Source: a virus (taxonomy: Duplodnaviria > Heunggongvirae > Uroviricota > Caudoviricetes). From it: DNA of 37,827 nt. The position numbers and the translations under genes are program-made. The stretch covers positions 1 through 37,827 of IMG/VR virus record IMGVR_UViG_2534681663_000017. One strand, 5' to 3'. This document shows positions 18,055-26,463 of this stretch, one piece after another. Position 1 is the stretch's first letter; the number at the start of each line of letters is the position of its first letter. Below the pieces are notes generated by a model that had not been told where the DNA came from, ran no database searches, and saw only the letters and a program-made list of their open reading frames with translations.

Positions 18055-18270
18055 ATGACGCTTGAGCGAATCAGCGCCTTTATCACGTATTGCATCGCCG
18101 TCGTGCTGGCCTGGCTGGGCGATTTGTCCATCAAGGATGCCTCAACGCTGGGCGGCCTGATGATCGGTGTGCTGATGCTGGCTATCAACTGGTACTACAA
18201 ACACAAAGCCTACCAGCTTCTGCGCGACGGGCAGATCACGCGGGAGGACTATGAATCCATCAATCGTTAA
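18055..18270 (+). CDS. Putative holin
   Basis: 71 aa with hydrophobic helices and a charged C-terminus, immediately upstream of the endolysin. Confidence 0.55.
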   Translation: MTLERISAFITYCIAVVLAWLGDLSIKDASTLGGLMIGVLMLAINWYYKHKAYQLLRDGQITREDYESINR

Positions 18271-18763
18271 ACGCTGCCTTGTCGGGACCGTGCTGGCTAT
18301 TGCTGCCACGCTGCCGGGTTTTCAGCAGCTTCACACCTCCGTGGAGGGGCTGAAACTGATTGCCGATTACGAAGGCTGTCGTCTGCAGCCGTATCAGTGC
18401 AGCGCGGGTGTCTGGACCGACGGCATTGGTAATACGTCGGGCGTCATTCCCGGCAAAACCATTACGGAGCGACAGGCAGCAGAAGGGCTTATCTCCAACG
18501 TGCTGCGTGTGGAGCGGGCGCTGGAAAGGTGTGTGAAGCAACAGCCGCCGCAGAAGGTGTATGACGCTGCGGTGTCGTTTGCCTTCAACGTGGGAACGGG
18601 CAATGCCTGCAGTTCCACGCTGGTGAAATTACTCAATCAGCGGCGCTGGGCGGATGCATGCCGACAGTTGCCGCGCTGGGTTTATGTAAAAGGTGTGTTT
18701 AATCAGGGGCTGGGTAACCGCCGTGCGCGGGAGATGGCCTGGTGTTTACAGGGAGCAAACTGA
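18251..18763 (+). CDS. Endolysin (phage lysozyme) with N-terminal signal-anchor-release-like segment
   Basis: 170 aa; N-terminal hydrophobic segment CLVGTVLAIAATLPGF then lysozyme-like core; GGGAGG upstream of ATG 18251. Confidence 0.8.
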   Translation: MNPSIVKRCLVGTVLAIAATLPGFQQLHTSVEGLKLIADYEGCRLQPYQCSAGVWTDGIGNTSGVIPGKTITERQAAEGLISNVLRVERALERCVKQQPPQKVYDAAVSFAFNVGTGNACSSTLVKLLNQRRWADACRQLPRWVYVKGVFNQGLGNRRAREMAWCLQGAN

Positions 18764-18764
18764 A

Positions 18765-19142
18765 ATGAAGAAGAAATTAATCAGCGGGCTGTTTCTGATG
18801 TTATGGATGGCGCTGTTAATCGCAGCAATGGTGTATCCGCAGGGGATTTTTCCGGTACTGGCAGCGTCCGGTGTCTGGGTAGCCTGTCTGCTGACATGGG
18901 TGGCAATTCCGGTAGCACTGGTTGCGTTAATTAAGAACGGCCCGCTCTGGCAGGAGTTGAGGGCATCTTTGCTGAAGAGCATTACCCGAAAAGAAAACGT
19001 ATTTATCAGCTGGGTTATGCGATTGCTGATTGTCGTAAGTCTCGCCTGGACGGGGTGGGCCATTACCCTGGTCTTTTATCTGCTGACCGTTATTGCCTTC
19101 TGGATCACCCGTAACCAGATGGCGCAACAGGTAGCCGCATGA
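18765..19142 (+). CDS. LysA-like multi-TM membrane protein (putative lysis regulator/antiholin)
   Basis: ATG 18765 overlaps the endolysin stop; about four hydrophobic segments; position equals P2 lysA. Confidence 0.65.
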   Translation: MKKKLISGLFLMLWMALLIAAMVYPQGIFPVLAASGVWVACLLTWVAIPVALVALIKNGPLWQELRASLLKSITRKENVFISWVMRLLIVVSLAWTGWAITLVFYLLTVIAFWITRNQMAQQVAA

Positions 19143-19567
19143 ACCGGTTGCTGCTGGTTGTGCTGGCGTTATTACTGGTAGCGCTGGGCTGGCAGACATG
19201 GCGGCTGGCTGATGCCAGCCAGACCATCAGCACGCAGGCAGACGAACTGCAGAGCAAAAGCCAGGCGCTGGCAAAGAGCAACAGCCAGCTTATCAGCCTG
19301 TCCATTCTGACTGAAACCAATAACCGGGAGCAGGCGCGGCTCTATGCCGAAGCAGAACAGACCAGTGCACTGCTGAGACAACGACAACGCCGGATTGAGG
19401 AACTGAAACGTGAGAACGAGGATTTACGCCGCTGGGCTGATACTCCTTTGCCTGCTGACATTATCCGGCTGCGGAAACGTCCGGCATTCACCGGAGGTAC
19501 AGCTTACCGTCAGTGGTTGTCCGCGGGGGACGCCGTGTCAGCTGGATCAGGCAGCGCCGCGCACTAA
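19139..19567 (+). CDS. lysB: LysB, Rz-like inner-membrane spanin
   Basis: N-terminal TM (LLLVVLALLLVALGW) followed by a coiled-coil-like Q/E/R-rich region. Confidence 0.7.
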   Translation: MNRLLLVVLALLLVALGWQTWRLADASQTISTQADELQSKSQALAKSNSQLISLSILTETNNREQARLYAEAEQTSALLRQRQRRIEELKRENEDLRRWADTPLPADIIRLRKRPAFTGGTAYRQWLSAGDAVSAGSGSAAH

Positions 19568-19700
19568 CGGTGATCTGAACGCGTTGCTGGATGAAACGGA
19601 GGCCGCCTGGGCGGTCTGTGCAGACAAAGTGGACATGATTATTGCATGTCAGGAGCGAAACAGTGAACAAACCACAATCCCTGCGCCACGCCCTCAATAA
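19410..19700 (+). CDS. lysC: LysC, Rz1-like outer-membrane lipoprotein spanin, embedded out of frame in lysB
   Basis: GTG start; signal peptide with lipobox LTLSGC, Pro-rich mature part; overlaps lysB 3' end in another frame. Confidence 0.6.
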   Translation: MRTRIYAAGLILLCLLTLSGCGNVRHSPEVQLTVSGCPRGTPCQLDQAAPRTNGDLNALLDETEAAWAVCADKVDMIIACQERNSEQTTIPAPRPQ

Positions 19701-20094
19701 AGCAGTGCCTTATGTCCATAATAACCCGGACAAACTGCATCTGTTTGTGGATAACGGTTCGCTGGTTGCCACGGGGGCCAGCTCCATGTCATGGGAGTAC
19801 CGTTACACCCTGAACGTGGTGATTGAGGATTTCAGCGGCGACCAGAATCTGCTGATGGCCCCGGTTTTGCTGTGGCTGCGGGATAACCAGCCCGATGCCA
19901 TCAATAACCCGGCGTTACGGGAAAAGGTATTTACCTTTGAGGTGGATATTTTACGCAACGATGTCTGTGATATCAGCCTTAACCTGCAACTGACGGAGCG
20001 TGTGCTGGTCAGCACTGACGGCAGTGTGTCGAGTGTTGAAGCTGTAGCGGAACCCGATGAACCTGAAGAAATGTGGACGGTGAAACGTGGCTGA
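19663..20094 (+). CDS. R: Tail completion protein, P2 gpR family
   Basis: Aligns by eye with P2 R from ...QSLRHALNKAV...; likely GTG start at 19663 (AGGAGCG 5 nt upstream) rather than the TTG at 19642. Confidence 0.75.
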   Translation: MNKPQSLRHALNKAVPYVHNNPDKLHLFVDNGSLVATGASSMSWEYRYTLNVVIEDFSGDQNLLMAPVLLWLRDNQPDAINNPALREKVFTFEVDILRNDVCDISLNLQLTERVLVSTDGSVSSVEAVAEPDEPEEMWTVKRG

Positions 20095-20533
20095 ACTGCA
20101 GAAGGTGGACGACTGGCTGAGTGCTTTGCTGGCGAATCTGGAACCAGCCGCAAGAAGCCGCATGATGCGCCAGCTGGCGCAGGAACTGCGCCGGACACAG
20201 CAGCAGAATATCAGGATGCAGCGCAACCCTGATGGCAGCAGCTATGAACCTCGACGGGTAACAGCACGCAGTAAAAAGGGGTGCATCAAACGTCAGATGT
20301 TTGCAAAGCTGCGCACCACAAAATACCTGAAAACTGCCGCCAACGCCGACTCTGTCAGTGTGCAGTTTGAAGATAAGGTGCAGCGCATTGCCCGCGTTCA
20401 CCATTATGGCCTGCGTGATCGAGTTAGATATAAGGGGCCAGAAATACGTTATACAGAGCGACGTCTATTAGGCTTCTGCACTGAGAGTAACGATGCTATT
20501 AGTATAATTTTACTTCGTTATCTAACTAGTTGA
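20087..20533 (+). CDS. S: Tail completion protein, P2 gpS family (C-terminal about 35 codons AT-rich and probably remodelled by the downstream insertion)
   Basis: GTG start overlapping R stop; N-terminal two-thirds GC-rich and S-like, while the last ~110 nt are AT-rich like the adjacent island. Confidence 0.75.
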   Translation: MAELQKVDDWLSALLANLEPAARSRMMRQLAQELRRTQQQNIRMQRNPDGSSYEPRRVTARSKKGCIKRQMFAKLRTTKYLKTAANADSVSVQFEDKVQRIARVHHYGLRDRVRYKGPEIRYTERRLLGFCTESNDAISIILLRYLTS

Positions 20534-20605
20534 TATGTCTTGTTTTTTGTGGGTTTTTATAACATCATATTGGCTCTGTTATAAATAGTATGGAGAGTTT
20601 GATTG

Positions 20606-21811
20606 ATGAAAAAAAATAACGATATCAATAAACAAGTAAAATCAGAAACAGAAAATAATTCATCTGCAAATATGAATGGAAGTGGCTCGGATGAAATCCT
20701 TTCTAAGAGCACCTCTGGTACGGTGGTATGGGGAGATAACAGTTTTGGAAGTATTTCTAAATATATTAATGAGGTACTCGGTAAGAATTTATATTTAGAT
20801 ATAATTAAATCTCTTGATGCTAAGTTGAAAGCACCAGTTCAAGCTAATAGAACTACTATATTAAAGAACCTGAAGGGTAATTTCAAAGAGGAAAATCTTG
20901 TGCTTGTATTAGGCGCTGGAATTTCTTTGGATTATAAAATACCTACATGGGATGAATTATTAAGGAGGTTGCTTGCTAGAGCGTTACAAGATACTAATGA
21001 AAATCAGCAAGTTGTTGCGACATTATTTAATCAGGTGTTCGGGCCAAATGCTTTGATTGCGGCTAGATATTTAAAGTTACATTTTGAAAGTGCTAACACT
21101 CCTCTTGAGAAAGAAATTCAGAAAGTGTTATATCAATTTTATGATAGCACCGAGAGTCAAACGCTTAAGGCGATAAAGAAATTATGTATTTCTGCGGGGA
21201 AGGCTCCGGGGTTAGATTCTGTCATAACATATAATTATGACGACATACTAGAGCAAACATTACAAAACGCAGATGTTGGTATTAAATTTAAGGTTATATA
21301 TAAAACTGGGCAGCATGCAAAAAAAGATGAGTTGCCAATATATCATGTTCATGGATATCTTCCCTTAAATGGTAAGATTGATAGTGATGACAGCCTAGTT
21401 TTATCGGATGAAAGTTATCATCGGCAATATATGGATTTATATCACTGGAGTAATATGGTTCAGTTGAATAAATTCAAAGACAATAATTGTTTGTTTATAG
21501 GACATTCCTTTACTGATCCAAATTTAAGACGTCTGCTTGATGCTGCTAAAAAGTTAAGGGGTAATGATTCTAAACCTCATTACTTAATAAAATGTCGACA
21601 CTCAAAAGATGATGTTATAAATAAAATTCTAAAAGGTTCACGTCAAGATTTGAATGACGGGCTAGTCGACGATATAGACAATGTTGCCCGTTCTTTATTA
21701 GATACTGTACATAAATTTGAAGAAATTGATGCTAACTCTTTTGGTGTTAATGTTATATGGATTGATAATTTTACTGAAATAGGCCCCATAGTAACTGATT
21801 TAACTCAATAA
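20606..21811 (+). CDS. Standalone SIR2-like (sirtuin-fold, putative NAD+-consuming) protein, candidate anti-phage defence effector
   Basis: 401 aa from ATG 20606 (GGAGAG upstream); motifs LVLVLGAGISLDYKIPTWDELL, YNYDDILEQ and IYHVHGY match the SIR2-like domain pattern seen in defence-associated sirtuins; AT-rich island between S and V. Confidence 0.8.
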   Translation: MKKNNDINKQVKSETENNSSANMNGSGSDEILSKSTSGTVVWGDNSFGSISKYINEVLGKNLYLDIIKSLDAKLKAPVQANRTTILKNLKGNFKEENLVLVLGAGISLDYKIPTWDELLRRLLARALQDTNENQQVVATLFNQVFGPNALIAARYLKLHFESANTPLEKEIQKVLYQFYDSTESQTLKAIKKLCISAGKAPGLDSVITYNYDDILEQTLQNADVGIKFKVIYKTGQHAKKDELPIYHVHGYLPLNGKIDSDDSLVLSDESYHRQYMDLYHWSNMVQLNKFKDNNCLFIGHSFTDPNLRRLLDAAKKLRGNDSKPHYLIKCRHSKDDVINKILKGSRQDLNDGLVDDIDNVARSLLDTVHKFEEIDANSFGVNVIWIDNFTEIGPIVTDLTQ

Positions 21812-21821
21812 ATCTTGTTTT

Positions 21822-21860
21822 AGTTGTGCCGGCAATGGCACAACTGTCTTAAGTTATTTT
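21822..21860 (+). terminator. Perfect 9-bp hairpin plus T-tract after the SIR2-like gene; the same dyad is a TGT-N12-ACA motif (21825..21842)
   Basis: AGTTGTGCC-GGCAAT-GGCACAACT followed by GTCTTAAGTTATTTT; contains TGTGCCGGCAATGGCACA (TGT-N12-ACA). Confidence 0.45.
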
Positions 21861-21889
21861 CCTAATAATATTTTTGTAAGTTGTGTGCC

Positions 21890-22468
21890 ATGAACGCACA
21901 ACTTACAGAAATCATGCGCCTTATCACCAACCTGATCCGCACTGGTGTAGTCACCGAAGTGGACCGGGAAAACTGGCTTTGTCGGGTGAAAACGGGCGAC
22001 CTTGAAACCAACTGGATTAACTGGCTGACGCTGCGCGCGGGTAATGCCCGCACATGGTGGAAACCATCGGAAGGTGAGCAGGTGGTGCTGCTGAGTCTGG
22101 GCGGCAATCTGGAGACCGCCTTTGCGCTGCCCGCTGTCTATTCGAATCAGTTCGCACCACCGTCGACGTCGGCGGACGCCTGCGTGACAGAACATCCTGA
22201 CGGTGGCTGGTTTGAATACGAACCCGCCACCGGGCGCTGGTATGTCAGGGGCATCAAATCAATGGTCATTGAGGCCGCTGACAAAATCACCATGAAAACC
22301 AGTGAGTTTGTACTGGAGGCTGACCGCACGCGCATTAACAGTGAAGTGGTGATCAATGGTGGCGTTACCCAGGGCGGCGGTGCAATGAGTTCTAACGGAA
22401 TTGTGGTTGATGCACATCAGCATACTGGCGTCCTGAAAGGCGGCGACACAACCGGAGGCCCGGTATGA
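21890..22468 (+). CDS. V: Baseplate assembly/spike protein, P2 gpV family
   Basis: N-terminus MNAQLTEIMRLITNLIRTGVVTEVD resembles P2 V as recalled; ORF track starts 9 nt earlier at TTG. Confidence 0.8.
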   Translation: MNAQLTEIMRLITNLIRTGVVTEVDRENWLCRVKTGDLETNWINWLTLRAGNARTWWKPSEGEQVVLLSLGGNLETAFALPAVYSNQFAPPSTSADACVTEHPDGGWFEYEPATGRWYVRGIKSMVIEAADKITMKTSEFVLEADRTRINSEVVINGGVTQGGGAMSSNGIVVDAHQHTGVLKGGDTTGGPV

Positions 22469-22824
22469 CGCTTTATAGCGGGATGAACAATACCAGCGGT
22501 AAAGCCATTACTGATATTGACCATCTGCGCCAGTCGGTGCGGGACATTCTGCTGACACCGCAGGGTAGCCGTATTGCCCGTCGTGAATATGGTTCCCTGC
22601 TGTCGGCACTGGTAGACCAGCCACAAAATCCGGCATTACGTCTGCAGGTCATGTCGGCAGTGTATGTGGCGCTGAGTCGCTGGGAGCCACGGCTGACGCT
22701 GGATTCCATCACCATCAACAGCAACTTTGACGGTTCTATGGTGGTGGAGCTGACCGGGCGGCGGAATAACGGTGTGCCTGTGTCCCTTTCCGTATCAACA
22801 GGAGCAGAGAATGGCAGTGATTGA
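22465..22824 (+). CDS. W: Baseplate protein, P2 gpW family
   Basis: 119 aa, GGAGG upstream, coupled to V and J. Confidence 0.8.
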   Translation: MTLYSGMNNTSGKAITDIDHLRQSVRDILLTPQGSRIARREYGSLLSALVDQPQNPALRLQVMSAVYVALSRWEPRLTLDSITINSNFDGSMVVELTGRRNNGVPVSLSVSTGAENGSD

Positions 22825-23719
22825 CCTTTCGCAGTTGCCTGCACCGCAGATTGTGGATGTGCCGGACTTTGAGATGCTGCTTGCCGAACGCAAGGCAGAA
22901 TTTGTGGCGCTTCATCCGAAAGATGAGCAGGAAGCAGTGATCCGCACGCTGGAACTGGAATCTGAACCCGTCACCAAATTGTTGCAGGAGAACGCTTATC
23001 GTGAGTTGCTTCTGCGCCAGCGCATTAACGAAGCCGCGCAGGCGGTGATGGCGGCTTATGCCATAGGGAGCGATCTGGACCAGCTCGCTGCCAATTACAA
23101 CGTGAAACGCCTGACGGTGACGCCTGCTGATGATGACGCTGTGCCGCCCGTTGCAGCTGTGATGGAAAGCGATGAAGCGTTACGCCTGCGTGTGCCTGCA
23201 GCCTTTGAGGGGCTTTCAGTTGCGGGGCCAACTGCAGCTTATGAATTTCATGCCCGAAGCGCCGACGGTCGGGTGGCGGATGCCAGTGCAACCAGTCCGG
23301 CACCTGCAGAGGTGGTGCTGACTGTCCTTAGTCGCGAAGGCGATGGAACAGCAGAAAAAGACTTGCTGGATGTGGTGGAGAAAGCCCTGAACAGTGAGAA
23401 CGTCCGCCCGGTGGCTGACCGTCTGACGGTTCGCAGCGCAGAAATCATCCCGTACCGCGTGGAAGCCACCATTTTTCTCTATCCGGGACCGGAAGCCGAG
23501 CCGGTAATGGCAGCGGCAAAAGCCAGCCTGCAGAAGTACATCGCCAGTCAGACGCGGCTTGGTCGGGATATTCGCCGTAGCGCCATTTTTGCCGCCCTGC
23601 ATGTTGAGGGTGTGCAGCGTGTGGAGCTGGCTTCGCCGTTGGCGGATGTGATCCTGAACAAAACGCAGGCGGCATCATGTACGCAGTGGAGCGTAACCAA
23701 CGGAGGAACGGATGAATAG
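22811..23719 (+). CDS. J: Baseplate protein, P2 gpJ family
   Basis: Start ATG 22811 (MAVIDLSQLPAPQ), GGAGCAGAGA upstream; 302 aa. Confidence 0.8.
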   Translation: MAVIDLSQLPAPQIVDVPDFEMLLAERKAEFVALHPKDEQEAVIRTLELESEPVTKLLQENAYRELLLRQRINEAAQAVMAAYAIGSDLDQLAANYNVKRLTVTPADDDAVPPVAAVMESDEALRLRVPAAFEGLSVAGPTAAYEFHARSADGRVADASATSPAPAEVVLTVLSREGDGTAEKDLLDVVEKALNSENVRPVADRLTVRSAEIIPYRVEATIFLYPGPEAEPVMAAAKASLQKYIASQTRLGRDIRRSAIFAALHVEGVQRVELASPLADVILNKTQAASCTQWSVTNGGTDE

Positions 23720-24317
23720 TCTGCTGCCACCGGGTTCAACGCCACTGGAGCGCCGACTGGCGCAAGCGTGTAGCGGGATTTCTGATCTGCAGGTGCCGCT
23801 GCGTGACTTGTGGAATCCGGCAACCTGTCCGGTCAGTTTCCTGCCTTATCTCGCCTGGGCGTTCTCTGTGGATCGCTGGGATGAGGGCTGGACAGAAAGC
23901 GTCAAACGCCAGGTGGTGAAGGATGCTTTTTATATTCATCAGCATAAAGGAACCACCAGTGCCGTGCGGCGGGGGGTGGAGCCGTTCGGCTTTCTGATCC
24001 GCATTATTGAGTGGTGGCAGACCGGAGAGACACCGGGCACGTTTCGCCTGGATATCGGCGTGCAGGACCAGGGCATCACTGAAGATACCTATCTGGAACT
24101 TGAGCGACTGATAAGCGATGCCAAACCATGTAGCCGTCACATGATCGGCATGTCCATCAATCTGCAGACCAGCGGCCCGCATTGGGTGGGAGCCGCCAGC
24201 TATCTTGGCGAAGAAATCACGATCTATCCGTATATCAACGAAACAATTATTTCCGGCGGCACCGCGCATGAAGGCGGGGCGGTCCATGTTATTGACACAA
24301 TGAGAGTGAATCCATGA
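23712..24317 (+). CDS. I: Baseplate/tail-fibre attachment protein, P2 gpI family
   Basis: 201 aa, coupled to J and H. Confidence 0.75.
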   Translation: MNSLLPPGSTPLERRLAQACSGISDLQVPLRDLWNPATCPVSFLPYLAWAFSVDRWDEGWTESVKRQVVKDAFYIHQHKGTTSAVRRGVEPFGFLIRIIEWWQTGETPGTFRLDIGVQDQGITEDTYLELERLISDAKPCSRHMIGMSINLQTSGPHWVGAASYLGEEITIYPYINETIISGGTAHEGGAVHVIDTMRVNP

Positions 24318-25705
24318 GCACAAAATTTTATACCCTGCTGACGGATATTGGCGCGGCGAAACTTGCCAGCGCCACCGCGCTCGGTGTGCCGCTAAAAATT
24401 ACCCATATGGCGGTGGGCGATGGCGGCGGAACATTGCCAACGCCGGACGCAAAGCAGACTGCACTGGTAAATGAGAAACGCCGGGCTGCGTTGAATATGC
24501 TCTATATCGACCCGCAGAACAGCAGCCAGATTATTGCTGAACAGGTGATCCCTGAAAACGAGGGCGGTTGGTGGATACGTGAAGTGGGCCTGTTTGATGA
24601 ATCAGGTGCATTGATTGCCGTGGGCAACTGCCCGGAAAGCTACAAGCCGCAACTGGCTGAAGGCAGCGGGCGTACCCAGACCGTGCGCATGGTGCTGATT
24701 ACCAGCAGCACGGACAATATCACCCTGAAAATCGACCCTGCTGTAGTGCTGGCAACCCGCAAGTATGTGGATGACAAGGCACTGGAGCTGAAGGTGTACG
24801 TGGATGACCTGATGGCAAAACATCTTGCCGCGCCGGACCCGCATTCACAGTATGCACCCAAAGAAAGTCCAACGTTTACCGGAACCCCCAAAGCGCCAAC
24901 GCCAGCGGCGGGGAATAATACCACGCAGCTTGCGACCACCGCATTTGTTCAGGCGGCACTGACGGCTCTTATTAATGGTGCGCCAGCCACGCTGGACACG
25001 CTGAAAGAAATAGCCGTAGCCATTAACAATGATCCGAAATTCAGTACCACCATTAACAATGCGCTGGCACTGAAAGCGCCGCTGTCGAGTCCGGCACTCA
25101 CTGGAACGCCAACAGCCCCCACTGCGGCGCAGTCGGTCAATAATACACAGATTGCCACTACGGCTTTTGTGAAATCAGCGATTGCAGGAATAGTGGGTTC
25201 TGCACCTGCGGCACTGGATACACTGAACGAACTGGCGGCGGCACTGGGGAATGACCCGAACTTTGCCACGACAATGCTTAATGCACTGGCAGGTAAACAA
25301 CCGCTGGACAATACGCTGACTAATTTGAGTGGAAAGGATGTAGCTGGTCTTCTCACATACCTTGGTTTGGGAGAAGCCAGATATGTCATTCAGCGAGGAG
25401 CTAATGCCAATGGTGCATGGGTACGCTGGTCAGATGGTGCAATAGAAGTATTTGGAACCGGTGGATCTAATGATAATGGACTGGCTAAAGTCGTTTACCC
25501 AATTGCACTGCCTAAACTTTCACGTTTTATCAGTATCGCAGAAAGAATAAGAACGGATTACGAGAGCACACCTAATAATGTTCACGTTTCAATGATCGTG
25601 GATGATCAGGTAACAAATACCGGCTTTTATGCCCGCTGCCAGATGTACGACGGCAGACCATCATCAAATGCTTTTTCATGGAGGGTTTATTGTGCGCCTG
25701 TTTAA
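24314..25705 (+). CDS. H: Tail fibre protein, gpH family; C-terminal ~110 aa encoded inside an invertible segment
   Basis: 463 aa; internal ~60-aa tandem repeat (SPxxTGTPxAPT...TTQxATTAFV...LDTL...NDPxFxTT) at about 24869..25290; recombination site at codon ~346. Confidence 0.85.
   Translation: MSTKFYTLLTDIGAAKLASATALGVPLKITHMAVGDGGGTLPTPDAKQTALVNEKRRAALNMLYIDPQNSSQIIAEQVIPENEGGWWIREVGLFDESGALIAVGNCPESYKPQLAEGSGRTQTVRMVLITSSTDNITLKIDPAVVLATRKYVDDKALELKVYVDDLMAKHLAAPDPHSQYAPKESPTFTGTPKAPTPAAGNNTTQLATTAFVQAALTALINGAPATLDTLKEIAVAINNDPKFSTTINNALALKAPLSSPALTGTPTAPTAAQSVNNTQIATTAFVKSAIAGIVGSAPAALDTLNELAAALGNDPNFATTMLNALAGKQPLDNTLTNLSGKDVAGLLTYLGLGEARYVIQRGANANGAWVRWSDGAIEVFGTGGSNDNGLAKVVYPIALPKLSRFISIAERIRTDYESTPNNVHVSMIVDDQVTNTGFYARCQMYDGRPSSNAFSWRVYCAPV
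24869..25290 (+). repeat. In-frame tandem repeat (two ~60-codon units) within tail fibre gene H
   Basis: Protein-level repeat SPTFTGTPKAPTPAAGNNTTQLATTAFV...DPKFSTTINNALA / SPALTGTPTAPTAAQSVNNTQIATTAFV...DPNFATTMLNALA. Confidence 0.6.
25350..25375. promoter_or_regulatory. Left recombination site (gix/hix-like, 12+2+12) of the invertible segment
   Basis: TTCTCACATACC TT GGTTTGGGAGAA; 22/26 match to the reverse complement of the site at 27036..27061; lies inside H at ...LTYLGLGE. Confidence 0.65.
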
Positions 25706-25889
25706 TCCAGTTACTTTGACTGAAGTAATCCCCGGTCTTCATGACGTGACCGGGGCTATTGAATTACCGGAGGACAACTGGTTTTTTACTATGACAGAAA
25801 TTCCTCAGGGCATGGAGCTAACAATTAATGAGAAAGGCGAACCAATACTGATTGAGGTTAATCAGTCTCAGGGAATACAGGCCAAATAA
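25692..25889 (+). CDS. Short ORF downstream of H in the current orientation (possible small or truncated tail-fibre chaperone)
   Basis: GTG 25692 with GGAGGG 6 nt upstream; only 65 aa, far shorter than typical tail-fibre assembly proteins; overlaps the convergent minus-strand gene by 32 nt. Confidence 0.3.
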   Translation: MRLFNPVTLTEVIPGLHDVTGAIELPEDNWFFTMTEIPQGMELTINEKGEPILIEVNQSQGIQAK

Positions 25890-26463
25890 TATCAGGCGCG
25901 GTGCTGGTATCTATTGCCGTCACCGCGTCAATGTAATCCAGCACAGCGTTAAGGCGGGTTGTTTCTGCCTGCGTCAGTTTACGTCCGGCCTGCAATTTCA
26001 GCTGAATCAGACTGATGGAAGCCATAGCAGCATCAATCAGAGACTGGCGCTGTACTTCTGCTGCATCTACTGCGGCGCTATGCTGTGCCTCGGTATCTGT
26101 TACCCATTTCTCACCATCCCATTTATCGTATGGCGTTAATGGGGCAAAAGTGGTCGTATTTTCAGGGTAATCCCCCGGCACAGTAATTTCTTTTGATTCC
26201 CCCGTTTCGATGCCATAGACAATTTCACCGCGATGGTCTGACACATATTCCCATGAGTTAAAATCTGCAGAACGGCAGATTGCATAACCAGCCTTATGTG
26301 TGCCGGGCGCATCGGTACAGGAATTGGCAGGAATACCCACCCCCACAGGCAGATACTCAACCGATGAGGATATGTATTCGCGGGTGTCGCCCCGGTAGTT
26401 GTACACAGTGATTTCTCCTGCCACGGTGGCAATAAACGCACTGTTTAATTTTGCTTTCGCCAT
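25858..26463 (-). CDS. Tail fibre assembly protein (Tfa/U'-like) in the inverted-orientation cassette
   Basis: 201 aa; C-terminal region ...RLNAVLDYIDAVTAIDTSTAPDIIWPVFPE resembles the conserved Tfa C-terminus; start overlaps the stop of the upstream alternative fibre segment (TAATG). Confidence 0.7.
   Translation of the reverse strand: MAKAKLNSAFIATVAGEITVYNYRGDTREYISSSVEYLPVGVGIPANSCTDAPGTHKAGYAICRSADFNSWEYVSDHRGEIVYGIETGESKEITVPGDYPENTTTFAPLTPYDKWDGEKWVTDTEAQHSAAVDAAEVQRQSLIDAAMASISLIQLKLQAGRKLTQAETTRLNAVLDYIDAVTAIDTSTAPDIIWPVFPETD

Noticed and set aside
20534-20605. Possible TGT-N12-ACA late-activator site upstream of the SIR2-like gene
   Set aside because: The nearest candidate (TGT GGGTTTTTATA ACA) has an 11-nt spacer, not 12; expression of the cargo gene from a late promoter is therefore not supported.
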